Shown: piece after piece, positions 22,727-35,941 of the stretch
How positions within the stretch are numbered: position 1 is the stretch's first letter
How the letters are laid out: the number at the start of each line of letters is the position of its first letter
Assembly: GCF_018350175.1 (NCBI RefSeq)
Contig: NC_058368.1
Coordinates: forward strand, 225,682,001-225,746,000
Length of the DNA: 64,000 nt
Reading direction: 5' to 3'
Source of the DNA: Felis catus
Lineage: Eukaryota
Made by a program: the position numbers and the translations under genes
Notes under the pieces: generated by a model
Database searches by the model: none
What the model was told of the DNA's origin: nothing
Seen by the model: the letters and a program-made list of their open reading frames with translations, nothing else

Positions 22727-23829
22727 TAAATGCATCACCTTTTAATCTTTGATACATCATCATTTAATCTTTAATAAGGCGCTTACAAATTTGCGACCAA
22801 AAGTTTCAGAGAAACCAATTGTAAAGAAAATCTGACCGTCAGATTATATTTCATGAGCATCAGTGAGTTTTCACCAGCCCGATAGTCTGCTAAAGGCGTT
22901 CGCAGTTAGGAGATGAATAGCATTGATCATATTCTCTCCATGATGAAGTATGGAGAGAGCACCCAGAGTTGGAGTGGGGCGGCGGGGAGTGGGGCCCGTT
23001 CAGAACATAGGAGCAGCAGAGGAAATAATAATGACTGAACCAGCTTTATCATTTAAGAACATTTTTTTAACTTTAGTGTGATTAACATACAATGTAATCT
23101 TGGTTTCTGGCGTACGACAAAATGATTCACCAGCAGTTCTGTACGTTACTCCGTGCTTACCACAGTAAGTCGTAGCCCCGTCTGTCCCCGTCTGTCGTCA
23201 TATAGTGTTTTTCGCCTTTATCGCTCACAGACAATAAGATAATAGAAGAACTTTGTCCTACAGTTTCCTCCGGGCTTGTTTTGAGAAACCCAGATTAAAG
23301 CCACAAATCAGAAAGCAAAAGTCTATTCCGGTAGCCCTTTTCAAGTTTGTAGTTTGTGAAGGAAACCACTCTGGAGCAGGGTGTGGTCACAGACTTCACA
23401 GCTAGGTGAGCACGAAATGCTTTAGGTTTAAGAAGGCATCGGTGTGTGCGACAAAAACAGGTCCCTTTGCACACCAAACGCAGACCAGTGTCGTCCTGGC
23501 TTCATTTGTTCCAGGGTGAGGTTTAGGTCTGTAGCCATTGAAGCAAATCGTTGAAGAAATTAATCTGAGAAGGTCTGTTTTCAAGTTATATGCGATTTGT
23601 GAAAGAAAGCATTTTCTTTATTTCTTCTTTCAGTATCCGTGTTCAGGGGTGCCTTATTTTTTTATTACTGGCTGGTCAAAAAAATAAAAATAAAAAACCT
23701 GTCACTTTATAATACATTAATGAAGTAGGTTAGTTGGTGGATTTGTTAAGAGATTTTTGATTAATGGTGGTTAAGATGTCATCTTTGAGTGTCCTTGGGA
23801 AATCTAGAATACTGAGGTCTATTGTGATA

Positions 23830-25133
23830 GCATGAGAAGGGGGGGCGGAGAGAGGGAATCCCAAGCAGGCTCCACACAAAGCCTGACTCCAACCCACAAA
23901 CCAGAAGATTGTGACCTGAGCCTAAACCAAGAGTCAGCTGCCCCACCGACTGAGCTGCTCAGGCAACCTGGGAAATCTGGAATACTAAGATAAAATTATT
24001 CTGCTAGAAAAAAGATTCGAACTTTTTTTTAAGATTTTATTTTTTTAATTTTTTTTTTTTCAACGTTTATTTATTTTTGGGACAGAGAGAGACAGAGCAT
24101 GAACGGGGGAGGGGCAGAGAGAGAGGGAGACACAGAATCGGAAACAGGCTCCAGGTTCCGAGCCATCAGCCCAGAGCCCGACGCGGGGCTCGAACTCCCG
24201 GACCGCGAGATCATGACCTGGCTGAAGTCGGACGCTTAACCGACTGCACCACCCAGGCGCCCCTAAGATTTTATTTTTAAGTGATCCCTACAGCCAGTGT
24301 GGGGGCTCGAACTCAGATCAGGAGTCGCATGCCTCACCGACTGAGCCAGCCCGGACGCCCTTTAGAAATACTTTTTATCTTGTGAAAGATAAATTTATTC
24401 TGTCTGCCTTCTCTTAACCAAAAATATTTCTAGTAAATAAGTTACAGCAAAGTTCTCATGTTTGTGCTTTTTTTCCTTTAAAAAAAAATTTTTAAGGTTT
24501 GTTTTTCAGTAAGTGAGAGAGATGGAGTGTGAGTCGGGGAGGGGCAAAGAGAGACAGAGACGCAGGATCCAAAGCAGGCTTCAGGCTCGAGCTGTCAGCA
24601 CAGGGCCTGACACAGGGCTGATCTCATGAACCGTGAGATCATGACCTGAGCCGAAGTCAGCTCCGCCTGACTCTTAACCGACTGAGCCACCCAGGCGCCC
24701 CTGAATTCTCATTTTTAAGGCCCAGTCACAACTGTTTCATGTTCTAAATCTTCTACGTTTTACATATAAACCGTTTTCAGATGATGCTTTTCTTCGAAAA
24801 GAATATGTTTACCCGAAAAAGTCCTATTTTATTTTCCTGTGTAAGTTTTCAGTCTGGATCCCCACATTGACCAAATAAGGAATGTGTAAACTTTTGACAC
24901 CATTTAAAAATGACACCATTTTAAAAATTAGAAATTTTTTTAATGTTTATTTCTTTTGAGAGAGAGATAGAGCACGAGTCGGGGGAAGGGCAGAGAGGGC
25001 AACAGAATTTGAAGCAGGCTGAGCAGTCTGAGCCGTCGGCACAGAGCCCGACGTGGGGCTCCAGCTCCCTGACGGCGAGATCATGACCTGAGCCGAAGTG
25101 GGACGCTCAACCGACTGAGCCACCCAGGCGCCC
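23830..25133 (-). mobile_element. Five minus-strand SINEs including a young SINEC_Fc copy (24045-24263)
   Basis: SINEC motifs. The young copy is CpG-rich and has a 15-bp TSD. Confidence 0.88.
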
Positions 25134-25548
25134 CTCTTTGACATCATTTTAACTTAATCTCTCCTTTCTGGGGCATTTGAGATCCGCATGATCCGTACAT
25201 ACAGAAATGCTTCTCGCACCATGGCCCTTGACTCGTGCTGGGGGTTAGAGTGTCAGCTCGTCATTTGCGTTTCTGATAGCCCCTCACCAGGATTTCCCAG
25301 CTGAGTAGGAAGTGCTCCGGACATAAGGAAGGGACAGCGTTCCCGTGTGGTCCAACCAAGCTAGTGTAACATCTCCCCCTCCGCCTCCTGAACACAAGCC
25401 AGCGGCACCGAGGCTTCGTTGAGGGGCGTCCGGGGGTGGGTCGGTTGGGTGAGGTGAAGGGGAGGCAGAACCTCGAAACCTGCTGAACTTGTCATCCAAT
25501 GTGATCGACTTTTCTTGCACCCCTCCCCACCCAATGTGGGGGCCACAG

Positions 25549-25792
25549 GTGGCTTAATGAACTCCTGGAAACGTCGCTGGTGCGTGCTCAAGGACGAAAC
25601 CTTCCTGTGGTTCCGCTCTAAGCAGGAGGCCCTCAAGCAAGGCTGGCTCCACAAAAAAGGCGGCGGCTCCTCGACACTGTCCAGGAGAAATTGGAAGAAG
25701 CGCTGGTTTGTCCTCCGCCAGTCCAAGCTGATGTACTTTGAAAACGACAGTGAGGAGAAGCTCAAGGGCACCTTGGAAGTCCGCACGGCAAA
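25549..25792 (+). CDS. MYO10: MYO10 exon 27 equivalent; PH1N and PIP3-binding PH2
   Basis: ccacag|GT acceptor and AA|gtatgt donor. GLMNSWKRRW and GWLHKKGGGSSTLSRRNWKKRWF motifs. Confidence 0.97.
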
Positions 25793-26493
25793 GTATGTCG
25801 ATAGACTGTGCAGGTGGCCCCGGTGGGTGGCGCTCTGGGGCTGCCGGACCGTGGGTGTCGCTTCCTCCAAAGCCACCGGTCCGCCGGCTGGAGTAGGGGT
25901 TGAGTGCCCCCCAGTCATTCACTTCAGTGGACCGGATTGTTAGGAAACCGGGGAAGTGACTTCGTGAACAGTTCACTTTCTGCGGGCACGTTCAGACATC
26001 TGGCTGTCGTTTATGAGATGCCAGCCGGGCCTGCAGCTGGCTGTCGGAAATGTGATTGGTCGTATGCAGGAAGCCTGGGAATCTTGAACAACTGGTTAAG
26101 AATCTTTTTATTGGTCCACAGACCACTTCTAGTCCTTTTATGTGAGCAGATTGCTAAGTTGGAGACAGACTGCCAATCTGGAGCGTTTGGGTTTTGTGCT
26201 TTATTTTTAGAGGTACCATTGACCTATGTTAGTTTCAGACGTACACCATAGCGACTCCACGTTTGTGTCTATTGCAAAACAGTTACCACGGTGAGACTAA
26301 GCCATCCATCACCATCACCGTCCATAGTTATAAATTTTGTTTTCTGCTGTTGGGTACTTTTAGGATCTACTCAACAACTTTCATATATGCAACACAGTAT
26401 TATCAACTAGTCACCAAGCCGTATGTGACATCCCCAGGACTTATTTTATACCCGGGAGATTGTACCTTTTCACTACCTACCTTCTTTCTTTTC

Positions 26494-26553
26494 TTTCCTT
26501 TCCTTTTTCCTTTCCTTTTTCCTTTCCTTTTTCCTTTCCTTTTTCCTTTCCTT
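26494..26553. repeat. 12-bp pyrimidine tandem repeat (TTTCCTTTCCTT) x about 5
   Basis: Directly visible periodic C/T tract. Confidence 0.9.
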
Positions 26554-29136
26554 TCCCTTTTTGATTACCTTTCACTCATAGAGGTGTTTTTTGGAATGAA
26601 TTTTTTTGTCTTTTACTAACGTGGGATATACCAGCCATCTTCATTCCCAGCAATGACAGGAACAGAGCTAGGCTTTGAATCCAACAAACCCCCTTTTTCT
26701 GCCCCCCCCCCCATAGAACTAAATCACTGGACTAGTGGACTATTATTTAGTTAAAAATTCAGGAAGTTGGACTTAGCGGCAACTGGGTAGCTTGATACAT
26801 ATTTAGAAAATAAGTAAAATAAGCTTCGAGACATGAGATTAACTCCTGAAATCACGAGACCTGAAATTAGCATTTTGTTTCCAACCAGCACTGGCAACTC
26901 TTGAACTTTTTTTATTGAGAAGTGGGAGGTTAAATAGGCAAAGCGTTTTGTGCATTTAATTTTAAGGGCAAACAATGAAGTGCAGACAGCAGGAGTATTA
27001 GACTTTCCAGGCTGTCCCTCGGGGTTTGTTAGGAGCCCAGGCTCCAGAACAAGAGTGAGTGTGTAGGATCGGGAGTCTAAACCCTACAAGAAATTTTCAT
27101 AGCACGACACAGCTCTGTGCCTCTGCCTCTCAGCTCTGTGTATTTGTTCTTCCTCCTGATTCACCCCACAGAAGGCTCACCCACAAACGCCAGGAAGCTC
27201 AGAGGAGGAGGGCAGAGAGAGAATTTCAGTGGTGGAAATTGATGTATATTCCTCATGCACCTGACTCTGTGCTGCTTGATAAAGCCCCGTTTCCAGGTGC
27301 TTTGTGAGAATTCCAGAGTTAAGGAGATGTTAGCTATCATGCGGTCATTTCTGTCCTATTCTGTAGAGGAAGGACATTAAATTCTTCGGGTTTCGCCACA
27401 TTAAGATTTTTTTGTTGAGATTAATTAAAATGTTCCATTTTATTAAAGAAGATTTCAATCCTATGCAGGAGTAGGTGGGAGAATATAACGAAGTGCCTGT
27501 GGTCATTACTCAGCTTTCAGCAGAGACCCACCCCCGCCCCAAGGCCGAAGTGTTTCACCCATAACCCCACCCTTCACTCCTTCCCTTACTGACTGTTCTG
27601 TAAAACATACATCATATAATTTTGCCTCTAAACAGTTGAGTAGACACTTAAAGGTTAAGACTCTCAATACAAAATCACATTATTATAACAGTTAAAAAAT
27701 AACTCTTTAATCATCCAAACTCCAGTCATTGTTCAAATTTATCCAGTTGTCTTGTAAATGGAGGCGATAGTGCTCTCCTTGGTTCGGGCTGGTTTATTTC
27801 TTCAAATCAGAATTCAAATAAGGTCTGTAATTTTTAACTAATTGACCCATCTCTCAAGTCTTTGGCGGTTTATACAACATTCCCCTCCATCGTTTTCTTC
27901 ACTCACTCGCTGTCACTGATGAGGCCACCACATTTATCCTACGGAGTTTCCAGATGATGTGTACTGTGACCCTGACAATATCATCACTCACTCATCTCCA
28001 GGGAAGCTTTTTACGAGTGTGGGTCCCTGCCCTCCCCCTGCCCCCGCCAGAGAGCACCCACCTGGGTTTTCTGAAAGTTTCCCAGGATTCGGATAGGCCA
28101 CTGTGGTTCAGACGCACAGCCTTACGACTAGATCCGTGTCCCCTCTCATTTTGCATACAAGATTGCTGAGTTCCCGAGAGGCAAAGCGGCTGGTCCAGTA
28201 TGACACGGTCTGGACACTTCCCTGGAGCCCTACTCGAGAGGCCCCTCTAACCAGACGCTTGGCTGGTGGCTGCCCATTTATCACCTCTCGCCTCCTGCTC
28301 AGCAAGGGCAGGAATTCTCGCTATCTTGACTTTTAAAAATATTTTATCTTGTGTGATTCCAGCTGTAAGGTTTTTATTTTTTCTAACTAGCAAGCCTGTT
28401 GAGTTTTGTAGATGTGGAATCCGTGTTTTACTGTGAAGAGTGGTACTACTTGGGTTGGCAAAGCAAGCTGGCTTTATCCCCAAGACCCTTCTTCATCAAA
28501 TATTTTACCATCTCTGGTCCCATCTCAACACCTGCTTGTATTTCATCCTGATCTTGTTAACCTGCTCCATCGATTTTAAACCTCTAATGCTGTGCAGGGC
28601 GTGTTGGGATGAGATCGGGATGGCACGGAGATCCAGAAACACCCAAATCTTCTGAGCCCCCAATGGAAATAATGTGCCCTTACCAGGTCGCACGTGTTGG
28701 CCAAGGCCTTAAACCGCAGCAGGAAGCCATGAGGAATTAGGAAGGAGCTCAAGACTAGTCCCCTCGTCGGGGGTCCTTCCCTTGTAGAGCAGTGAGAGGG
28801 GCCAAGGGAAGGTGCGGGCCAAGAAGGGGACTCCTGCCCCAAGCCTTCTAGGGTCTCGGCAGGGACGTGTCTTGGGAAGGCCAGAGTGAGGAGAGACACT
28901 CCTCCCTGGAAGTGTCCAGCAGGCGCCTAGCCCTGGCCCCAGCCTCAGCCTTCCTCTCTCAGGAGCAGAGAGGAGCCCCGGCCCCCCCGGAGGCCACAAG
29001 GTCGGGCTGAAGTAGGCGTTTGATTTTTCGGTTACAGTTTCCAACTTAGCCATCTGTTTGGTGAAATTGCTTTGCTCGCTTCCTCTTAAGGATCCCGTAG
29101 CCCTGATTTGCATCTGATGCTTGTGTTACTTTGCAG

Positions 29137-29232
29137 AGAGATCATAGATAACACCAGCAAAGAGAACGGGATTGACATCATCATGGCCGATAGGACCTTC
29201 CACCTGATTGCGGAATCCCCTGAAGATGCCAG
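29137..29232 (+). CDS. MYO10: MYO10 exon 28 equivalent; PH2
   Basis: ttgcag|A acceptor and AG|gtgaga donor. EIIDNTSKENGIDIIMADRTFHLIAESPEDA. Confidence 0.95.
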
Positions 29233-30716
29233 GTGAGACACTGCTGTTGACCGCATGTGAACTACATCTTTACTCCCCTACAGGCCTGGGTGCCACACAG
29301 TTCAGTGTTTACCCTGCCGGCTCTGAAAAGATTTTTAGTGGATTTTCGAGTTGGGCTTGTCTGTTAGGACGGTTGAAGAACCGCGTCATGAGATTGATGT
29401 TCTTGTCCCCTGGGGTATCTTTCACTGGGCTAAGGTGTCCAAGTTACCACACACAGTCGAGGATTTCCAGCTTCGAATGCCACTAGAGCCCTTGGTGTCT
29501 TGGCTCAGGCTTTTATTGTCCCCGGCAGCGTGTGTCAACCATGCACCTACACAGAGGCGAAAGCCCACCCTTTGGAAGCTTCTGAGCTTCAAAAGGGAAC
29601 AGCTTGTGTTTGCCTAAGGAGTGAGAAGGCAGGCGCACTCACCACTGGGTGTTTAAATAATTGATAGCACTGTGGCATTGAGAGAGTGTTGAAGGTCTTC
29701 ACGTTGAAAAATTCAATAGGGTAGAAGAGATAGTCAACACTTAGAATTACTATATTTCAGGCAATGTGGTGACATGTTTCACGTGTATTATTACACATCG
29801 TTACCCTTAAACACATTTTGTCGAGTAGGAGACTCAGGTAAGAGAAAGGGCAGTATAATCTGTGAAGTAACAGAAGTTCATTCTCCTGAACAGAGGCATT
29901 ATGTTTCTTAAGGAGCTTGAATGTTTGAGTTCCAAGGACAGTGTGGTGTCCGTTGGCTGGGTCAAGCGGTCTAACCTTTCTGGACCTCAGGTTTCCATCC
30001 TAGTGCTGGAGAGACGTGGAAAAAGTCAAGGAGAAGGGCTGTGTGCTCCCAGCGCGATGCATCACAGGGTCATACGGTGGATGAGATACGGTCAGACGTC
30101 TGTTTGTCCACTTGTGTTTTGTGAGCCACAAGGTTACGTTGGAGGGATCTGTTGGCTCCTCTGAGCAATGCCAGAGAGGACCCTCCACCTATGTTCTTTA
30201 CTTTTCACCTCAGAAATCATTAGGATCTGCTAATGAATTCTCCTTGCCTTTCGCTACCCCTTGCCCTTTGAATGTTTGAGTTGATATAACGCCATGGTAG
30301 CCACAGCAAGGGCAAAGAAAATAATTCTTCCCATGGGAACACACTAAAAACCCTGCTTGGATCCATAAATTATGACACAAACTGGAAAAACCAAGCAAAC
30401 CTGGAATTACAGCCCCCTCGTTCCATCTGGGACTCCTAGAGACCACTTGTGGTTGTTTGCAGTCCCAGGAAGGCCCACAGTTCTCGGCTAAATTATAGGC
30501 CCCGCGTTTGGCAGCCGTCCTCTCTGCTTTGTGCCGTAATGAGCCTGCGAAATTTAACACTGGGGATCTGTTAACTGAGGACTTGTTCCCCTGACCAGCA
30601 GAATGTGTTTTTTAAAAATTCCTTTTTGGATTGAGTTAAATAAACTTGATTCATGAGGAGAAATTTGTAAATTTAAGAGTATCACCTGAACAGATCGAAA
30701 GCATAGCAAATGTTAT

Positions 30717-30720
<4 letters not shown>

Positions 30721-30766
<46 letters not shown>
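30721..30766. repeat. (TG)23 microsatellite
   Basis: Perfect dinucleotide run. Confidence 0.97.
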
Positions 30767-30768
<2 letters not shown>

Positions 30769-30967
30769 ATCCCATGTGGCCTACATCTGGAATGTATGTG
30801 TTTTTCAGCGTCTGATCTGGGAAATTGTTGAACTTCATAAAGCAATAAGTGAAGTCTTAAGTCTTGCCTTAGAGTTCACCAGAACTGATGAAGCAAATTT
30901 ATATTAAATATTTCCGTTGGTTGTTTCCCAGGAGTCTGTATATGCTGTTTTGAAACTCTTGGTCACT

Positions 30968-31185
30968 GGGGCACCTGAGTGGCTCCATCGGTTAAGCGTT
31001 CGACTTTGGCTCGGGTCATGATCTCGCAATCCATGGGTTCGGGCCTTGCGTCGGCTTCTGTGCTGACAGCTCAGAGCCTGGAGCCTACGTCCGGTTCTGT
31101 GTCTCCCTCTCTCTCTGCCCCTTCCCTGCTTGTGCACTCTCTCTCAAAAATAAATAAACATTAAAAAAAAATTTAAAAAGAAAAG
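30968..31185 (+). mobile_element. SINEC_Fc-type SINE
   Basis: Head ggggcacctgagtggctc, A tail, and TSD gaaactcttgg(t/c)cac. Confidence 0.9.
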
Positions 31186-31454
31186 AAACTCTTGGCCACA
31201 TTCTTCTCCTTCAAAATTAATGGGATAGGTTTTAGTGCTTTGCTATAAGTACTTGATGTGACTTAACTTTCTATATAGGTATAATTTTTTTTTTTTTTTT
31301 TTGCTTAAATATCCCATTGTATACCAAGCACTTGGTCCTCTGCCTTACTTAGTAGGAGTGTGTATATATGTCTTAATGAGGCCCTACAGGAGAAGGATGT
31401 CCTAGCATCTCACATTTGGTACCTCACACATTTTATAGTTGCTTCATAAATGTT

Positions 31455-31494
31455 GGATGGATGGATGGATGGATGGATGGATGGATGGATGGAT
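31455..31494. repeat. (GGAT)10 microsatellite
   Basis: Perfect tetranucleotide run. Confidence 0.97.
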
Positions 31495-32239
31495 GGACAG
31501 ATAGATGAATGAATATTCACGGTCATTTTCCTCAAGCACGTATTGTGTTTGTAGTTACATCATGACTTCTGTTCAGCTTGACTTTTCTGAGGTTGACATG
31601 TTTTCCTTTATTGCCTGATTCTAATGAGTCTGAGAGTGAGAAAACTCATTTGAAGAGAAGATGGAAGAATTCTCCATCAAAATCACTTTCTACTTCAAAC
31701 AGTTGTGTTCTGTTTCCTGCTCTCCTATGGTTTTGTTCATACTTTGGTAGAAAATCCCATCAGGTGGTTGGAAAACCCCATCCTGGGAGTGAGGAGGGAA
31801 AATAGACACCAGTGGCCTTCTTACCTTGGAATTTACTTTCAACAAATGAAAAGGTCCTTGAATATTCCCTAGGTTAGAAATAATATCTTCAGTAAAGATC
31901 CTTGATTATAAATGTTTTGGGTAGAACTGAGGATTTCATTGTCATCGTCATTAAATGTCTAAAGGTCTGGGGGAACTGGAGGAGGAGAGGGTCTCTCATT
32001 GTCTCTCATTGATCTGACGTTGCCACAGGTGATACCCAAAGGCAGTTTGGCTGTTTCTTCCCCCCTTGCCCGTTGGTAGCATGAAACCCACATTTAACCC
32101 CTGAGGAGTAGGCAGACGAGAAGCAAAGGTGCTCAGAGGACATGTCATTTTCGCAGAGATCGTGGGGAAGGGCATCATTCACTGTGTTGCAGATGCGACA
32201 GCTGGCCCCTCCTTGACGGTCACTCTCTCCTTCCCACAG

Positions 32240-32333
32240 CCAGTGGTTCAGCGTGCTGAGTCAGGTCCACGCGTCCACGGACCAGGAGATCCGGGAGATG
32301 CACGATGAGCAGGCGAACCCACAAAACGCCGTG
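32240..32333 (+). CDS. MYO10: MYO10 exon 29 equivalent; end of PH2
   Basis: ccacag|C acceptor and GTG|gtgcgt donor. QWFSVLSQVHASTDQEIREMHDEQANPQNAV. Confidence 0.95.
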
Positions 32334-32727
32334 GTGCGTGAGCATTTTGGAGTGGCGGGAAACGTCCGAGGGAGGCAGGGGGCTTGGGAGTTTCTAGGCA
32401 GTATGAAGTGTAGTAATTAAAGAGAAAACCAGTACTATTTTGTTTAGAAGTCATGCAGAAAAATAGAATAAGTTAAAGAAGATTATCAGTAGTAATCCAG
32501 TTCTCCCACTTTAAGCCATCAAAAGAACGACAACAAATCCCAAGTCTTCTGACATGGAAGCATATTTATTACACTTTCCTTCAAAGGACTTCGTGAATTT
32601 TAAATTATGTGTTTTCAGTCTTCGTTCTATCCTAGATACATACACAGAACCATAAAATCATATTTTACAAATCAAGTTTTATTTTCTCATAAGAACTACT
32701 TAACATCAGAGTTTCTCAGCGGAGTAA

Positions 32728-33278
32728 GGGGCATCTGGGTGGCTTCCTCAGTTGAGGGATCCGCTCTTGAATTTGGCCCAGGTCATGATCTTACGGTTCA
32801 CGAGAGGGAGCCCCGCATCAGGCCCTGTGCTGACAGCATGGAGCTTGCTTGGGATTCTCTCTCTTCCTCTCTCTCTGCCCCTCCCCTGTTCACACATGCA
32901 CGAACTCTTTCTCCCCCCTCCCCCCTCCCAAATAAACATTTTTTTTCAATATATGAAATATAGTGTCAAATTGGTTTCCATACAACACCCAGTGCTCAAA
33001 ATAAACATTTTTTTAAAGGGGGAAAGAAAGTTCTATTTAAAAAAATTTTCTGGGGCACCTGGCTGGCTCAGTCGGTTGAGCATCCAACTTTGGCTCAGGT
33101 CATGATCTCTTAGTCTGTGAGTTCAAGTCCTGTCAGGCTCTGTGCTGACAGCTCGGAGCCTGGAGCCTGCTTCGGATTCTGTCTCCCTCTCTCTCTGCCC
33201 CTCCCCCGCTTACGCTCTGTCTCTGCCTCTCTCTCTCTCTCTCTCTGTCAAAAATAAACATTTAAGAAAATAAAAAAA
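32728..33278 (+). mobile_element. Two plus-strand SINEs; the first has a tiny antisense L1 3' end in its tail
   Basis: SINE heads at about 32728 and 33052. Confidence 0.85.
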
Positions 33279-33630
33279 GTCTGTTAGAGTACGTGTAAAA
33301 TTTAGCAATAGATCATAGTGTAAATCAGAAAAATTTGTACAATTGAAAGAAGTTTGTAAACACTTTTCCCTGAACGTATTTTAAAAACAAGACGGGGAGA
33401 TTAACTTATATGTATTTTTTTTCATGAGTGAACTGTCTCCCCTGTCTAGAGGCTGTACTCACCAACCGAAGGTGGGACCCTTCTTAGATAACGATTATTT
33501 TGCATTTAACACAAAAGGAAGGAGCTTTTTTTGTTTGTTTGCCTATTTAGAGCTTCGTGATCTAAGGATATTATGATGATGTGTGCTGTATTTCAGTGGT
33601 TCTCTTCCCTCCGTTTTTGCTCCTTTCCAG

Positions 33631-33686
33631 GGCACTTTGGATGTGGGGATGATAGACTCTGTGTGTGCCTCTGACAGCCCCGAGAG
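33631..33686 (+). CDS. MYO10: MYO10 exon 30 equivalent; PH1C
   Basis: ttccag|GGC acceptor and AG|gtaagt donor. GTLDVGMIDSVCASDSPE. Confidence 0.95.
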
Positions 33687-35369
33687 GTAAGTTCAGATGT
33701 GACTCTTGGCGAAAGTGGTTAGTAACCTGCGTGCTCCTACAGCTCTCTCTGCTTCTAGGTCCCTTCTTTTCTGAGCTGTGAAATGATTTTAGGCTGCATG
33801 TTGTCACCTGGTCAATTCCAGTCTTCTTTCTTTGTGCCCAGTTGTATATCACCCAGAAGTCGTCCTCTCTGGGTATCTTTGGGCTGCTGGGAGAGACCGT
33901 GGAAACCTAATTTAGACAGTCAGTTAAAAACATACACACAAGAGGAATATTCTTCATTTGGGTACAGGGGTAAACCCAGGATTCAAAGAGGAAGAAAATA
34001 CCTATTTAGGAAAATAGTATTCCACCATAGGGAAGGGTGCTGTTCCCCTTCCTAAACTTAATAAGGAATTTAAAAAGGATCTTGTTGTAACGTATATGTG
34101 GAGTGTTAATAAATTAAACCACATTCTTCCCTTGACATCTCAACCTTATTTGTACCCTTAAAATAGCATGTGTTGGTTTTGTTTTTTTTGAAGGCAAACC
34201 ATCTTCATGGATGCCCTCAGGAGTCTGTACCGTTGACCTTTGTCTTCTCTGTGTTTCTTTGCTGCTCTTTGAATTCTGCATTAAGAATCAAAATTGGCCT
34301 CTGCCTTCAGTAAGGTAGCTTTAGAAAGTGGATAGAAATGTATTCCAACTGACACCAAAAATAGTGCCTACTAGGTAGAATTATCTAGAGTCTTCAGAAC
34401 CTTTAACACGTGTGTTTTGTCCATATTCAGCCCAGATTTTATTCTGACGGCCAAGTTCCTACCCTATCTACATCTGTCTCCTAAACCCTTTCACTCCAGC
34501 AGGCTGGGCCATGTAAGGGTCCATGCTTAGAACTTTCCATTCCTACTCACATCCTTGTCTCTTCCTCAAGTGCCCACCTCCTTCCCAACAAGAGAAGTGT
34601 CTTTTATTTAAGAGCACCTGTCTTTCCCTGTCTACTACAGTCCCATTAATCTTGCTTTTTCTTGAACTTTTGCAGCGCTTAATTGCCGCGAGCATTTGAA
34701 AGCCTGCAAGAAATTCACAGCCACCAGCTTAAGTGGTTCAATATAGGCATGAGTATGAGCTAGGGCCTAGGAGAGACTCAGGGCATTGCCAGACAAAAAG
34801 AGGTGAAGGAGAAAGTAAATTTCCATTATTATGTTATCCCTGACTGGGAAATAAGCCTTTGTTAGATTGCTTTGAAAACATGGACCCAGGTGGCTTTTTG
34901 TAGCAAGCATAATCAAGTGTATAAGATGTTCCATTTACACCTATTTACTGATCTGCTTTTATTACTGGTGTCTGACGTTTCATTACCGACCCACAGAAAT
35001 ATTATCCAAGGCAGTACCCAGAGGCAGAGAGAAATTTACTTTGGAGACGCATCAGAAAATAAAAATTTCCCCCACCGTCACCTTATTTTAGCCTTCCCGG
35101 AACCAAGTTTCATTTGGAAAGTTTTGCATGAAGGAATCTTTCCCCTTCCAGGGCCTCCTGAATGTGTTGCTCCAAGTTTAAAGGTTAATGATGCATAAAA
35201 TAAATCCTGCAGAAATGAGCAAGATTTGCCTTAGCACAAACCACAAATAGCATCGCGCTTTTCGTCCCGCTGACCATAAGCCAGGAAAGAGGCGGCTGGT
35301 CTTGGTTCGAGCAGGTGATGCGGACAGTAGAGCGCTAAGTCTTGGCTTCCTTCTTGCCCTGTCGCCCAG

Positions 35370-35512
35370 ACCCAATTCGTTTGTGATCATCACGGCCAAC
35401 CGGGTGCTGCATTGCAACGCTGATACACCGGAGGAGATGCATCATTGGATAACGCTGCTGCAGAGGTCCAAGGGGGACACAAGAGTGGAGGGCCAGGAAT
35501 TCATCGTGAGAG
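35370..35512 (+). CDS. MYO10: MYO10 exon 31 equivalent; PH1C
   Basis: gcccag|A acceptor and AG|gtgact donor. PNSFVIITANRVLHCNADTPEEMHHWITLLQ. Confidence 0.95.
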
Positions 35513-35746
35513 GTGACTGCCACCACGGCCTTGCCCCTTTGAGCAGCTTTCCTGAGTAATTTTGACTCTTGAACTTGCTTAACAAACCAACAAGCAGACA
35601 GGCAACAAAAACACAAGAAAGGGTCGTGGCCCTTTCTAGCAAATATATAGAACTATGACCCATTAGGAAGCATCCTGCAAATTATTACCTGATGTTTGGT
35701 GTTTGTCTTCCTAGTTTTTAATTTACACTCCGATCTTCCTTTCCAG

Positions 35747-35941
35747 GGTGGCTGCACAAAGAAGTGAAGAACAGTCCAAAGATGTCTTCGTTAAAACTAA
35801 AAAAACGGTGGTTTGTGCTTACCCACAATTCCTTGGATTACTACAAGAGCTCAGAGAAGAATGCTCTGAAATTGGGCACGTTGGTCCTCAATAGCCTGTG
35901 CTCGGTGGTGCCTCCGGACGAGAAGATCTTCAAAGACACAG
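35747..35941 (+). CDS. MYO10: MYO10 exon 32 equivalent; PH3
   Basis: ttccag|GG acceptor and CAG|gtaacg donor. WLHKEVKNSPKMSSLKLKKRWFVL. Confidence 0.96.

Noticed and set aside
22259..22742. Three spaced direct repeats superficially like a CRISPR array
   Set aside because: Eukaryotic DNA. The repeats are target-site duplications around SINEs.
22933..22958. 9-bp hairpin TCTCTCCAT-N8-ATGGAGAGA
   Set aside because: Too short for a pre-miRNA and expected by chance in 64 kb.
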